Positions 8,941-16,422 of a stretch of DNA of 25,350 bases are shown here, one piece after another. The stretch lies in IMG/VR virus record IMGVR_UViG_3300026286_000004; one strand, 5' to 3'. Position numbers and translations under genes: made by a program. Below the pieces are notes generated by a model, which ran no database searches, had not been told where the DNA came from, and saw only the letters and a list, made by a program, of their open reading frames with translations. Position 1 is the stretch's first letter. The number at the start of each line of letters is the position of its first letter. This DNA comes from a virus (Duplodnaviria > Heunggongvirae > Uroviricota > Caudoviricetes).

Positions 8941-9587
8941 TTCGACCCGGACGACGTCCACGACATGTGCGGGTCACCGCCGGAGTCGGTCACCGACAAC
9001 GTGTACGACCCGGCCGGGCCGGACACCGTCACGGACCGGCCACCGGCCCCGGACGCCGCACCGGTGATCGACGTCGAAACCGACCCCGACCCCGACCCGG
9101 ACACCGTCAGCGTGACCGGGCGGGAGCACGTCACGGTCTGACGGTACGTCTGCGGCTGCGCCGGGGGCTTCTTCGTCGTCGGCGGCGGGGTGTACGGCTT
9201 CGTCGTCGTCACCGGAGGCGGCGTGTACTGCTTGGTCGGAGGGGGTGTGTACTGCTTGGTCGTCGGCGGGGTGTACTCCTTCGTCGGACGGGACGTGGAC
9301 ACCGCTTTCGACGAGGACGAGGTCGCCTTCGGGGTGTAGGTCTTGGTGAGCGTGTTGATCCGGGTCGCCGTCACGGTCTCCGGGGTGATCGTCACCCGGG
9401 TCGTCGTCAGCGTTCCCGTCGGCGACGGGGTGGCTTGCAGCCGCTCGATCAGGTCCGGCGCGGCCTGAGCGGACAGCGCGAACAGCCCGACGAAGACGGC
9501 GATGCATGCGCCGATCACCGAGTTGCGATGCCCGAGCCACCAGCGGACCGTGTCCCACCGGCCCCGGGTCAGCCTGAACCTGTTCAC
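8931..9587 (-). CDS. Membrane-anchored Pro/Thr-rich surface protein (218 aa)
   Basis: TM VIGACIAVFVGLFALSAQA, TK(E/Q)YTPP repeats and a Ser/Gly/Thr-rich beta domain bracketed by two Cys. GTG start chosen from the class B motif spacing (in-frame ATG at 9593 is the alternative). Confidence 0.7.
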   Translation of the reverse strand: MNRFRLTRGRWDTVRWWLGHRNSVIGACIAVFVGLFALSAQAAPDLIERLQATPSPTGTLTTTRVTITPETVTATRINTLTKTYTPKATSSSSKAVSTSRPTKEYTPPTTKQYTPPPTKQYTPPPVTTTKPYTPPPTTKKPPAQPQTYRQTVTCSRPVTLTVSGSGSGSVSTSITGAASGAGGRSVTVSGPAGSYTLSVTDSGGDPHMSWTSSGSKCG

Positions 9588-9625
9588 ACCCATATGTATG
9601 CGGCAACAAACCGGAACCCCCGGCG
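9584..9625 (-). promoter_or_regulatory. Class B motif CGCCGG-N14-TGCCGCATACAT-N6-GTG
   Basis: Near-identical to the 8466-8487 copy; overlaps the ssb terminator stem. Confidence 0.65.
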
Positions 9626-9648
9626 ATTTCTCGCCGGGGGTTCCGGTT
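9609..9648 (-). terminator. Intrinsic terminator-like hairpin downstream of ssb
   Basis: Perfect 18-bp stem aaccggaacccccggcga / tcgccgggggttccggtt with a 4-nt loop, running into TTTGTT on the minus strand, about 90 nt after the ssb stop. Confidence 0.75.
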
Positions 9649-9738
9649 GACCTCTGCGCCGGAGCCTTCGGTCGAAACCTCTCAGAGGTTTCCGGGTGCC
9701 TTCGTATTAGCGGGCGTCCTTGCGGGCGCGCCACCAAA

Positions 9739-10212
9739 TCAGAAGTCGTTCGGGTCGCCAGCCGGAGCGGCTGCGGCCGGAGCCTGGGCCGGGGCGGCCT
9801 GCGTGGGCGCGGAAGCGGCCTGGCCGCTGTTGCCATTTCCCTCGTAGATCGCCTTGGTGAGCTGGGCGGTGACGAACCGCAGGGACGCGCCGACCTCCCA
9901 CGCGTTGACGGACATGCGTCCGATCTTCTTGGTCTCGCCGCCCTCGGCGACGACCTCCGTGGTGAAGCTGTTCAGCTCACCGACGATCATCACCTTGTTG
10001 CCCTTGCGCAGGGACGCCACGACGTTGCGGGCCAGGTATTCCTGGAAAACCGTCACGTCGACGTAGGTCGGGTCCTGCTTCTGCCCGTCACGGTCGGGCT
10101 TGTCGATCGCGATCGAGAACGTCGCGCGGAACTTCCCGCTGTTCTCGTTGATCCGCGACTGCGGGTCGGCGGTCAGGTTGCCGATGAGCTGGACGTAGTT
10201 GCCGTTCGACAT
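9739..10212 (-). CDS. ssb: Single-stranded DNA-binding protein (157 aa)
   Basis: VQLIGNLTADP...FSIA...VTVF...LARNVVASLRKGNKVMIVGEL...EVGASLRF, Ala/Pro linker and acidic tip DPNDF. AGGAAG SD before the ATG at 10212. Confidence 0.95.
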   Translation of the reverse strand: MSNGNYVQLIGNLTADPQSRINENSGKFRATFSIAIDKPDRDGQKQDPTYVDVTVFQEYLARNVVASLRKGNKVMIVGELNSFTTEVVAEGGETKKIGRMSVNAWEVGASLRFVTAQLTKAIYEGNGNSGQAASAPTQAAPAQAPAAAAPAGDPNDF

Positions 10213-10286
10213 GGAGATGTCGTCTCTTCCTGTGTGTGCGAGGCCGGGTCGTTTCCCGGCCGCAGGCTCTTTCGCCTGCACTACTC

Positions 10287-10314
10287 CTTTGCCGCTGACC
10301 CCCGGTTTCGCGGC
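10287..10314 (-). promoter_or_regulatory. Class A motif GCCGCG-N15-GGCAAAG upstream of ssb
   Basis: Exact copy in the dnaE-ssb gap, 74 nt before the likely ATG and 5 nt before an in-frame GTG at 10281. Confidence 0.7.
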
Positions 10315-10321
10315 GCGAGCA

Positions 10322-13300
10322 TCACGCGGCGAGAACGGGGCGGATCATCGCGACCGGGTCGCCGGCATCGTCCGCACCGACCAGGACAAGCGCCGGCCCG
10401 CCGCCGGCGTGCGGGAACGGGTCGGATGACTGGCCGTCATCCAGGATCAGTGCCCAGTCGAACGTCGGGTAGTGCCGGGTGATCTGGTCCAGCACGTTCC
10501 GCAGCTGGGAGAACGCCGGCAACCCTGGAGCGATCTTGACCGTGTACACCGCCGGTCCCGGCTCCGGTTCCGGTTCGGGATCCGCCCAGACATCTTCATC
10601 CGGCATGTCGTTGGGCACGGACTCCCAATATGGGTCCTCTTCGGACGCAGGCGTCGCCTCAACCTCAACTACAGGTTCAGAAGCCTGGCCGGACGCCGGC
10701 GGGTCCGGAACCAGGCTCAGGACCGGCTGCGCCGGCTCGGCCACCACCGGATCGGCGACCTCGGTGACCACCGGGCCGGCAGGCTTCAGTTCCGGGGCGT
10801 CCGGGATAGCCACCTCCCGCGGCAGGCTCCCGAGCGCGCAGATCGGGGTCGGGCGGCGAGGTCCGTCCCGCAGGTCGCCCGTCCAGATGTTCGAGATCCG
10901 CAACTCAGGGGTGACATCGCCCTCGTCGTCGCTGCCCCACGGCGCCGTCGTCACCCCGCTCACACCGATAATCTGACCCACGACCGGCTCGAGCCCGCTG
11001 TCCGTCAGGCGTTCCAGCACGTTGTTCCAGGCGATCCCCTCGATCCGGCCGGTCGCATCCTCGATCACGACCCGGGCATACCGGCCCTTGGTGTAGCTAC
11101 GGATGTTGACCGACACCACCTGTCCGACCACGGACACGCTCACCCCGGACGCCGCGGACACCCGGCCGATCGGTCCGGTCCGGGCGCCCGTGGCCGGGTT
11201 CACCCAGGCGTCCAGCTGGTCGGCCAGCAACGCCGTCGGCGGCGGCCCGAGCACCACCCCGAGCAGGCGGCGCTGACGCTCCGAGCGCTCGATGACACCC
11301 CATTCGGCGTCCGGGATCACGACATCGTCGCTGCCGGACGCGGCGCGGACCGCCATCACCTGACCCATCCGCGGCCCGAATCCGTCCATCGCGCCCGCCT
11401 CGATCAGCGCGATCACCGCAGACGTCGGCAGTTTCGACATCCCTTCGCCGCGCGGCACGTGCACGCGGTTCATCAGGTCGGCCAGGGAGGTGAACGGGCC
11501 GTTCTTGTCCCGCTCCACCACGATCCATTGCGCGTTGCCGGACACGCCCTTGACCTCGCCCAGCCCGAGACGGACCGTGCCGTCCGGGTAGGCCGCGGTC
11601 GACACCGCGCCGACGTTCACGTCCGGTGGGAGGACATCGACCCCTTCGGCGCGCAACGCTGCGATCGTGCCCTGCCGCTTGCCGGCCTTCGACTTGTCAG
11701 TCGGGACCACCGACAGCAGCGCCGCGCCGTACGGCCCCGGCCAGTTCGCCTTCAGCCAGGCGGTCATCCACGCCAGCTGGCCGTACGCCGCCGAGTGGCT
11801 GTTGTGCGAGACCATCCCGTTCGCGACGAAGTTGTGGTCGGTGCCGTCGGCCATCTCGAGGTCGAACGTCGGCATCGACCCGTCCCGTTCGATGCTCTCG
11901 ATCGGCACCAGCCGGGCGAGACCGTCGTCGGTGACGATCAGGTCGCCCACGGACAACTCGGACAGCTCCCGGTACCTCGGGACCGGGTCGCCGTCGACAC
12001 CGAGCCGGTCGGTCGGATCGACGCAAAGCCACCGGTGGTTGCCGGTGCACCGGGCGGTCCGGCCGTTCGCCAGCGTCATCCGGTACACCTCGGCGGTCCC
12101 GTTGTCGTGGACGGTCAGCAGCGCCTGGTTCGTGAAGGTGTTGCTCCGGTGGTCGAACGCGCGCAGCGTCTCCGGCAGGTCCGTGCCCGCCCCGGCCATC
12201 CCGAACAGTTCGGATATCGTCCACGGCGCGCCGTTCCCGTCGACCACCATCGTGTCGCCGGTCAGGCACCGGTTGAACAGGTAGGACGCGGACGCGGTGA
12301 ACGTGCGCCACAACTCATCCAGGGTCGCGGTCCGGAACGACACCTTCGCGCTGCCGTCGGAGCGGACCGACCGCTGGCCGCCGGAGAGGAACGTCTCGTA
12401 GAGGGCGTCCATCTCGGGCTTGATCTTCTTGCTGAACGCCTTCTGCAGCCGGAACTTCTCGTCCTTGCTGAAGTCGGCGACCACCTCCGCCAGCTGCATC
12501 AGCTGTTCCTGGTAGACGCAGTTGTGGACCACGACCCCTTCGGCGACGAAGTTGTGGTCACCGGGAACGGTCAGGTCGTACACACGGGCCGCGCCATCCG
12601 GTTTGACCGACAGGACGTGCCACCACTGGGCGGGGCTGTCTTCGTCGGCGTTCCGCAGCAACCGGACCGGGGAGGCGACCCGGCTCTCGGCTTTGAGGTC
12701 GCCCGCCTGCGTCCACCCCTGGCGGGTCAGCAGCAGGTGGTCGGCGGTGACACGGATGGAGCGGCCGGAGTCGAACGTGACCTTGACGACGCTCTTGATG
12801 CCGTTGTCGTGGACGTGGCTGACGGGGCTGAGCCGGTACTGCCCGTCGTCGCCGACGCTCTGGACCAGGTCCCCGGCCCTGATCTGCTCGATCGGTACAT
12901 ACCCGCCCCAGGTGGAGGAGTAGACCTGCTCGCCTTCCGCGACGCACGTCCCCATCGTGTTCCCGAGCACCGTGGCGATCTCGGCCTGCTCCGCCGGCAC
13001 AGGCGTGAAGATGCCGTAGTCGACCTTGGCGCCGTTCTTGCGGTGCGCGTACTCGTGGTGCATCCCGGCGCCCATCGGGCCCGGCCGGTAGAGCGCCACC
13101 AGCGCGGACAGGTCCGCGAGGCTGGTCGGCTTGACGGCCTTGCACAGCTCGGTCATCCCGGAACTGGAGAGCTGGAAGACGCCGGCGGTCTTGCCGGCGG
13201 CCAGCATCGCGTACGCCCGTGCCGCCCGCTCGTCGGACGGGTCGTGGGTGGCGTTGTCCGGGTCGATCTTCTCGCCGGTCAGCTCCTCGATCATCTCGAC

Positions 13301-15103
13301 GGCACGCTGGACCACGGTCAGGTCGTCGATCGCGAGGAAGTCGAACTTGACCAGGCCGAACTTCTCGATGTCCCGCCCGTCCCATTCGGTGACCGGGGGA
13401 GCCCCGGGAGCCTTGATCTGCTGCCGCATCGGGACCAGGTCGGTCAGCGGCTGGTCGCCGATGACGAACCCGCACGCGTGGATCCCGGACGACGAGGTGA
13501 CGCCCTCGATCGCCTGCGCATCCGCGACGAGCGCGGCGACGGCGGGATCTTCTTGCATCATCGCGCGCAGCGGCGCACCCAACGGCTCGTCCTCGTCGAG
13601 CAGGACGTGGAAGGATGAGTTCGCGGCAGTGCCCATGTTGGGGACCAGCCGGGCGACGGTGTCGGCAAGCTCGTCCCGTCCGGTGACCCGGCCGATGTCG
13701 CGGATCGCCTTCTTCGCCCACGACATGCCGGGGGCACCGATCCGGGCGACGAAGTTCGGCCCGTACTTCTGCGCCGCATATTCGTACATCTCGTCGCGCC
13801 GGTCCGACTGGAAGTCGATGTCGACGTCCGGCATGGACGGACGGTCCGGGTTCAGGAACCGTTCGAACAGCAACCCGTTCCCGAGCGGCTCGACGTTGGT
13901 GACCTCGAGCGCGTACAGGCAGATGGATCCCGGACCGGAACCGCGGCCCGGCCCGACCCGGATGCCGCGCCGGCGGGCTTCGGAGACGATGTCGTGGACG
14001 GCCAGCAGGTAGCCGGCGAACCCGGCGCCGACGATCGTGTCCATCTCGAGGCGGGCCTGGTTCTTGACCTGCTCGGTCAGGACCGGCCCGTACCGGGCGA
14101 TCAGCCCGTCCTTGACCAGCTTGTACAGCCAGCTCTGCTCGGTGTGTCCGTCCGGGACGGGCACATGCGGCAGCCGGAAGCCGACCGCGGGGATGACGTT
14201 CTTCTCGATCCGGGAAGCGATCAGCAGGCTGTTGGAGACGGCGCGTTCCGTGCCCGGCTGGGTGTCGAACAGGGCGTGCATCTCCGCGGCGGTGCGGAGG
14301 TGGTAGCCGGTCCCGTTGAACCGGAATCGCTTCTCGTCCGTCACCAGGGTCGTCTTGCTGCCCTTGGATGACCCGATCGCGAGCCACGCGTCATGGGCGG
14401 GGGCGTCGCATGCGCCTGCGTAGTGGGAGTCGTTCGTGGCAACCAGGGGCAGGTTGAATTCGCGGGCCAGGTCGACCAGGCCCGGTATGACCTTCCGTTC
14501 CGCGGGGATGTCGTGGTCCATCACCTCGACGAACAGGTTCGCTTCGCCGAAGATGTCCCGGAGCCGGGCCAGGTTCGTCCGCGCGGTGTCCATGTCGCCG
14601 CGGATCAGCGGTCCGGCGACCGGCCCGCCGAGGCACCCGGAGCCGACGATCAGGCCGGCGGAGTGCGCGGCGAGCAGGTCGTAGTCCCAGCGCGGCTTGT
14701 AGAAGAAGTTCGCCGCGTCCCAGGACGCATTGTGTCCGGCGATCAGGTTTCGCCATCCGGTCGGGTTCGCGGCCAGCAGCGTCAGATGCTCGTAGCGCTT
14801 CTCCTTGGTTGCGCCGTCACTGTCGCCGCCGCCGTCGAAGTCGTCTTCGGCGGGCACCCGGACCACGTTGCGCTCGGTCCGCGGGCCGATCGACAGGTAC
14901 GCCTCGAGCCCGAGGATCGGGGTCAGGCCGGCCGCGAGAGCGGACTTGTTCACATCGAAGTGGGCGCCGCAATCGCCGTGGTCGGTGATCGTGACCGCTC
15001 GCTGGCCGTCGGCGAGGGCGGCCTCGATCTGCTGGCTGGTACGGGTCAGGCCGTCGAGTTCGGAGCGCTGGCCGTGGACGTGCAGGTTGACGAAGTCGCT
15101 CAC
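10322..15103 (-). CDS. dnaE: DNA polymerase III alpha subunit (DnaE-type family C), precursor 1593 aa with two inteins
   Basis: PHP motifs (LHVH, TDHG, GLEAY, HLTLLA, TNDSHY), GRGSG, catalytic PDVDIDF, GIHACG, KFDFL, YRPGP, YQEQ, FN(R)SH, HhH and OB fold. GGAGG SD and GTGA overlap with the upstream gene. Confidence 0.97.
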   Translation of the reverse strand: MSDFVNLHVHGQRSELDGLTRTSQQIEAALADGQRAVTITDHGDCGAHFDVNKSALAAGLTPILGLEAYLSIGPRTERNVVRVPAEDDFDGGGDSDGATKEKRYEHLTLLAANPTGWRNLIAGHNASWDAANFFYKPRWDYDLLAAHSAGLIVGSGCLGGPVAGPLIRGDMDTARTNLARLRDIFGEANLFVEVMDHDIPAERKVIPGLVDLAREFNLPLVATNDSHYAGACDAPAHDAWLAIGSSKGSKTTLVTDEKRFRFNGTGYHLRTAAEMHALFDTQPGTERAVSNSLLIASRIEKNVIPAVGFRLPHVPVPDGHTEQSWLYKLVKDGLIARYGPVLTEQVKNQARLEMDTIVGAGFAGYLLAVHDIVSEARRRGIRVGPGRGSGPGSICLYALEVTNVEPLGNGLLFERFLNPDRPSMPDVDIDFQSDRRDEMYEYAAQKYGPNFVARIGAPGMSWAKKAIRDIGRVTGRDELADTVARLVPNMGTAANSSFHVLLDEDEPLGAPLRAMMQEDPAVAALVADAQAIEGVTSSSGIHACGFVIGDQPLTDLVPMRQQIKAPGAPPVTEWDGRDIEKFGLVKFDFLAIDDLTVVQRAVEMIEELTGEKIDPDNATHDPSDERAARAYAMLAAGKTAGVFQLSSSGMTELCKAVKPTSLADLSALVALYRPGPMGAGMHHEYAHRKNGAKVDYGIFTPVPAEQAEIATVLGNTMGTCVAEGEQVYSSTWGGYVPIEQIRAGDLVQSVGDDGQYRLSPVSHVHDNGIKSVVKVTFDSGRSIRVTADHLLLTRQGWTQAGDLKAESRVASPVRLLRNADEDSPAQWWHVLSVKPDGAARVYDLTVPGDHNFVAEGVVVHNCVYQEQLMQLAEVVADFSKDEKFRLQKAFSKKIKPEMDALYETFLSGGQRSVRSDGSAKVSFRTATLDELWRTFTASASYLFNRCLTGDTMVVDGNGAPWTISELFGMAGAGTDLPETLRAFDHRSNTFTNQALLTVHDNGTAEVYRMTLANGRTARCTGNHRWLCVDPTDRLGVDGDPVPRYRELSELSVGDLIVTDDGLARLVPIESIERDGSMPTFDLEMADGTDHNFVANGMVSHNSHSAAYGQLAWMTAWLKANWPGPYGAALLSVVPTDKSKAGKRQGTIAALRAEGVDVLPPDVNVGAVSTAAYPDGTVRLGLGEVKGVSGNAQWIVVERDKNGPFTSLADLMNRVHVPRGEGMSKLPTSAVIALIEAGAMDGFGPRMGQVMAVRAASGSDDVVIPDAEWGVIERSERQRRLLGVVLGPPPTALLADQLDAWVNPATGARTGPIGRVSAASGVSVSVVGQVVSVNIRSYTKGRYARVVIEDATGRIEGIAWNNVLERLTDSGLEPVVGQIIGVSGVTTAPWGSDDEGDVTPELRISNIWTGDLRDGPRRPTPICALGSLPREVAIPDAPELKPAGPVVTEVADPVVAEPAQPVLSLVPDPPASGQASEPVVEVEATPASEEDPYWESVPNDMPDEDVWADPEPEPEPGPAVYTVKIAPGLPAFSQLRNVLDQITRHYPTFDWALILDDGQSSDPFPHAGGGPALVLVGADDAGDPVAMIRPVLAA
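11801..12268 (-). other. Mini-intein 2 in DnaE (156 aa, no homing endonuclease)
   Basis: LFNR|CLTGDTMV...CTGNHRWL...TFDLEMADGTDHNFVANGMVSHN|SHSAAY: Cys1, TxxH, terminal HN, +1 Ser. Confidence 0.93.
12521..12946 (-). other. Mini-intein 1 in DnaE (142 aa, no homing endonuclease)
   Basis: MGT|CVAEGEQV...VTADHLLLT...VYDLTVPGDHNFVAEGVVVHN|CVYQEQ: Cys1, block B TxxH, blocks F and G, +1 Cys. Confidence 0.93.
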
Positions 15104-15663
15104 GCGACACCTCCGGTGAGAACGTCGAGGATGTCGGCGAAGCTCGGGCCGCGGTGGATCCGGTATGCCGCGACCCACGCTTCGGTGGTGCCGATGTAGA
15201 AGTCGGGTGTCCCGGCACGCCGGACCAATGCGATCCGCCGGTTCCGGGGGATTCCGCCCCGGTCGTTGCGGACGTGCTCGACGGCCTTCGACGGGATACC
15301 GAAGACGGGCCGGGCGTCATCCGGGACCGGAGCCGGCCAGGTGGTTGCGGCCATCAGCCAGTTGACGCTGGTCGCCTTGGCGTTCATCACCGGCACCATG
15401 CCCAGGTGCAGTGCGACGCCGGCGTTCGCCTGCTGCCGGAAGGCGCCGTCAACGGCCTGCCACAGGGCCCGGTTGGTGTCGTTGAGCGCCTTGACCTGGA
15501 CGGCGACGTCGGGGAAGACGTGAAGGTCGCCCTTGTCCTCCTTGCGTCCGGCGCCGAGGAGGCGTTCGGGCCGGTCGACGGTCAGGCCGGGGCACCACGC
15601 AGCCAGGTGGGCGACGGCTTTGCGCTCGAACCGGTCGCCCTTGTTTTTGGGTGCGTTCGCCAT
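15100..15663 (-). CDS. Hjc-like Holliday junction resolvase, PD-(D/E)XK nuclease (187 aa)
   Basis: KNKGDRFERK...GAGRKEDKGDL...VQVK is the KG..xE / GD / QxK pattern of archaeal- and actinophage-type resolvases. Translationally coupled to dnaE. Confidence 0.75.
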   Translation of the reverse strand: MANAPKNKGDRFERKAVAHLAAWCPGLTVDRPERLLGAGRKEDKGDLHVFPDVAVQVKALNDTNRALWQAVDGAFRQQANAGVALHLGMVPVMNAKATSVNWLMAATTWPAPVPDDARPVFGIPSKAVEHVRNDRGGIPRNRRIALVRRAGTPDFYIGTTEAWVAAYRIHRGPSFADILDVLTGGVA

Positions 15664-15670
15664 GTAAGCC

Positions 15671-15698
15671 CTTTGCCGGCGGGGGCCGGACTCGCGGC
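15671..15698 (-). promoter_or_regulatory. Class A motif GCCGCG-N15-GGCAAAG, 7 nt before the resolvase ATG
   Basis: Exact copy heading the resolvase-dnaE unit. Confidence 0.75.
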
Positions 15699-15743
15699 GC
15701 GGGCTCGAAGTTTGCGTGCAGTTTCGGAAGATGTGCCACGCTC

Positions 15744-15799
15744 ATACCCGTCGGGCGCGCGTACGCGCGCGCGTGTGCCCGCGCGCGCCCGACGGGTAT
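15744..15799. repeat. 18-bp perfect inverted repeat enclosing an alternating purine-pyrimidine tract
   Basis: atacccgtcgggcgcgcg (15744-15761) / cgcgcgcccgacgggtat (15782-15799); 15755-15777 is an unbroken 23-nt RY alternation. Confidence 0.85.
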
Positions 15800-15877
15800 T
15801 GGAGGTCCGACTCTCCGCGGAACGTGCGCAAACTGGAGCCCCTGGAGGCGCTGTCCGGGCCAGAACGTGGTGGGAAC

Positions 15878-16245
15878 GGCCCGATCTTGACTGCAGAATC
15901 GCGATCTTGACTACGCTGTAGTCAAGACGTTTTTGCAGGTCAGACCCCGTTTTGGGGCCTCTTGACTGCATTGACCACATTCACACAGTAGTTATATAGG
16001 GAGGGACTGCGTTACACACAGTTTTGGTGTGATGTAAGACCCCTCTCCCCATATATATATATATGTTTGTAGTCAATGTAGTCAATTGATGATAAAAGGG
16101 CCTCTGACCTGCGGAAACGTCTTGACTACAGCGTAGTCAATTTCGCGATTCTGCAGTCAAGATCGGGCCCCAGACCCTCCCAGACCCCCTCTAAACCCCC
16201 TCTGACCTGCGAAAACGTCATTGACCTCGTGTAGTCAAGATCGGG
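15878..16245. other. Dyad-symmetric repeat complex with AT-rich core; candidate replication origin
   Basis: 67-bp inverted arms 15878-15944 / 16103-16169 (63/67), inner inverted pairs about the same centre, (AT)7 at 16051-16064, 12 TTGAC/GTCAA units, and a partial third arm at 16201-16245. The structure is certain; the origin function is inferred. Confidence 0.6.
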
Positions 16246-16386
16246 GATCCACGCACAGACCTCCTCGCAGGTCCTCCCGGGCGCCAGCCGGCCCGGCACA
16301 CGCCGCTCGAGGCCCTCCGAACCCCGCTCCCGGGGTAACCGGCTGGACCCGCCCGCACACATGGCTAGCGTGGACGAACAGAGCGC

Positions 16387-16414
16387 GCCGCGTCGGCGAC
16401 CTCTTCCGGCAAAG
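16387..16414 (+). promoter_or_regulatory. Class A motif GCCGCG-N15-GGCAAAG, 8 nt before the GTG at 16423
   Basis: Exact copy heading the rightward gene run. Confidence 0.75.
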
Positions 16415-16422
16415 GGACCGAT

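Noticed and set aside
10472-13618. 1048-aa plus-strand ORF, and other long ORFs at 6496-9141 (+), 16477-17721 (-), 18266-19822 (-), 19764-21293 (-), 21300-22742 (-)
   Set aside because: They lie antisense to well-supported genes, are Arg/Gly/Pro/His-rich without motifs, and are the expected shadow ORFs of high-GC codon usage.
10322-15103. DnaE2/ImuC mutasome assignment
   Set aside because: No imuA/imuB neighbours, PHP metal ligands look intact, and the context is ssb plus resolvase.
15104-15178. Track start of dnaE at 15178; likewise extended starts for ssb (10281), 9836, 18119, 18156, 20100, 23135 and 24030
   Set aside because: The extensions overlap neighbouring genes or non-coding structures. 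Downstream starts have SD sequences, stop/start overlaps or motif spacing that fit better. The ssb GTG at 10281 remains a minor possibility.
15878-16169. Hairpin-telomere resolution site (N15 telRL-like) or assembly artefact
   Set aside because: The centre is not a perfect palindrome and the arms carry mismatches, which argues against both. No protelomerase is visible.
15880-16245. CRISPR array suggested by repeated TTGAC/GTCAA units and a Cas4-like gene in the window
   Set aside because: Units occur in both orientations with irregular spacing and no unique spacers. No cas1/cas2 or effector genes are present; the nuclease is a stand-alone Cas4/AddB-like protein.
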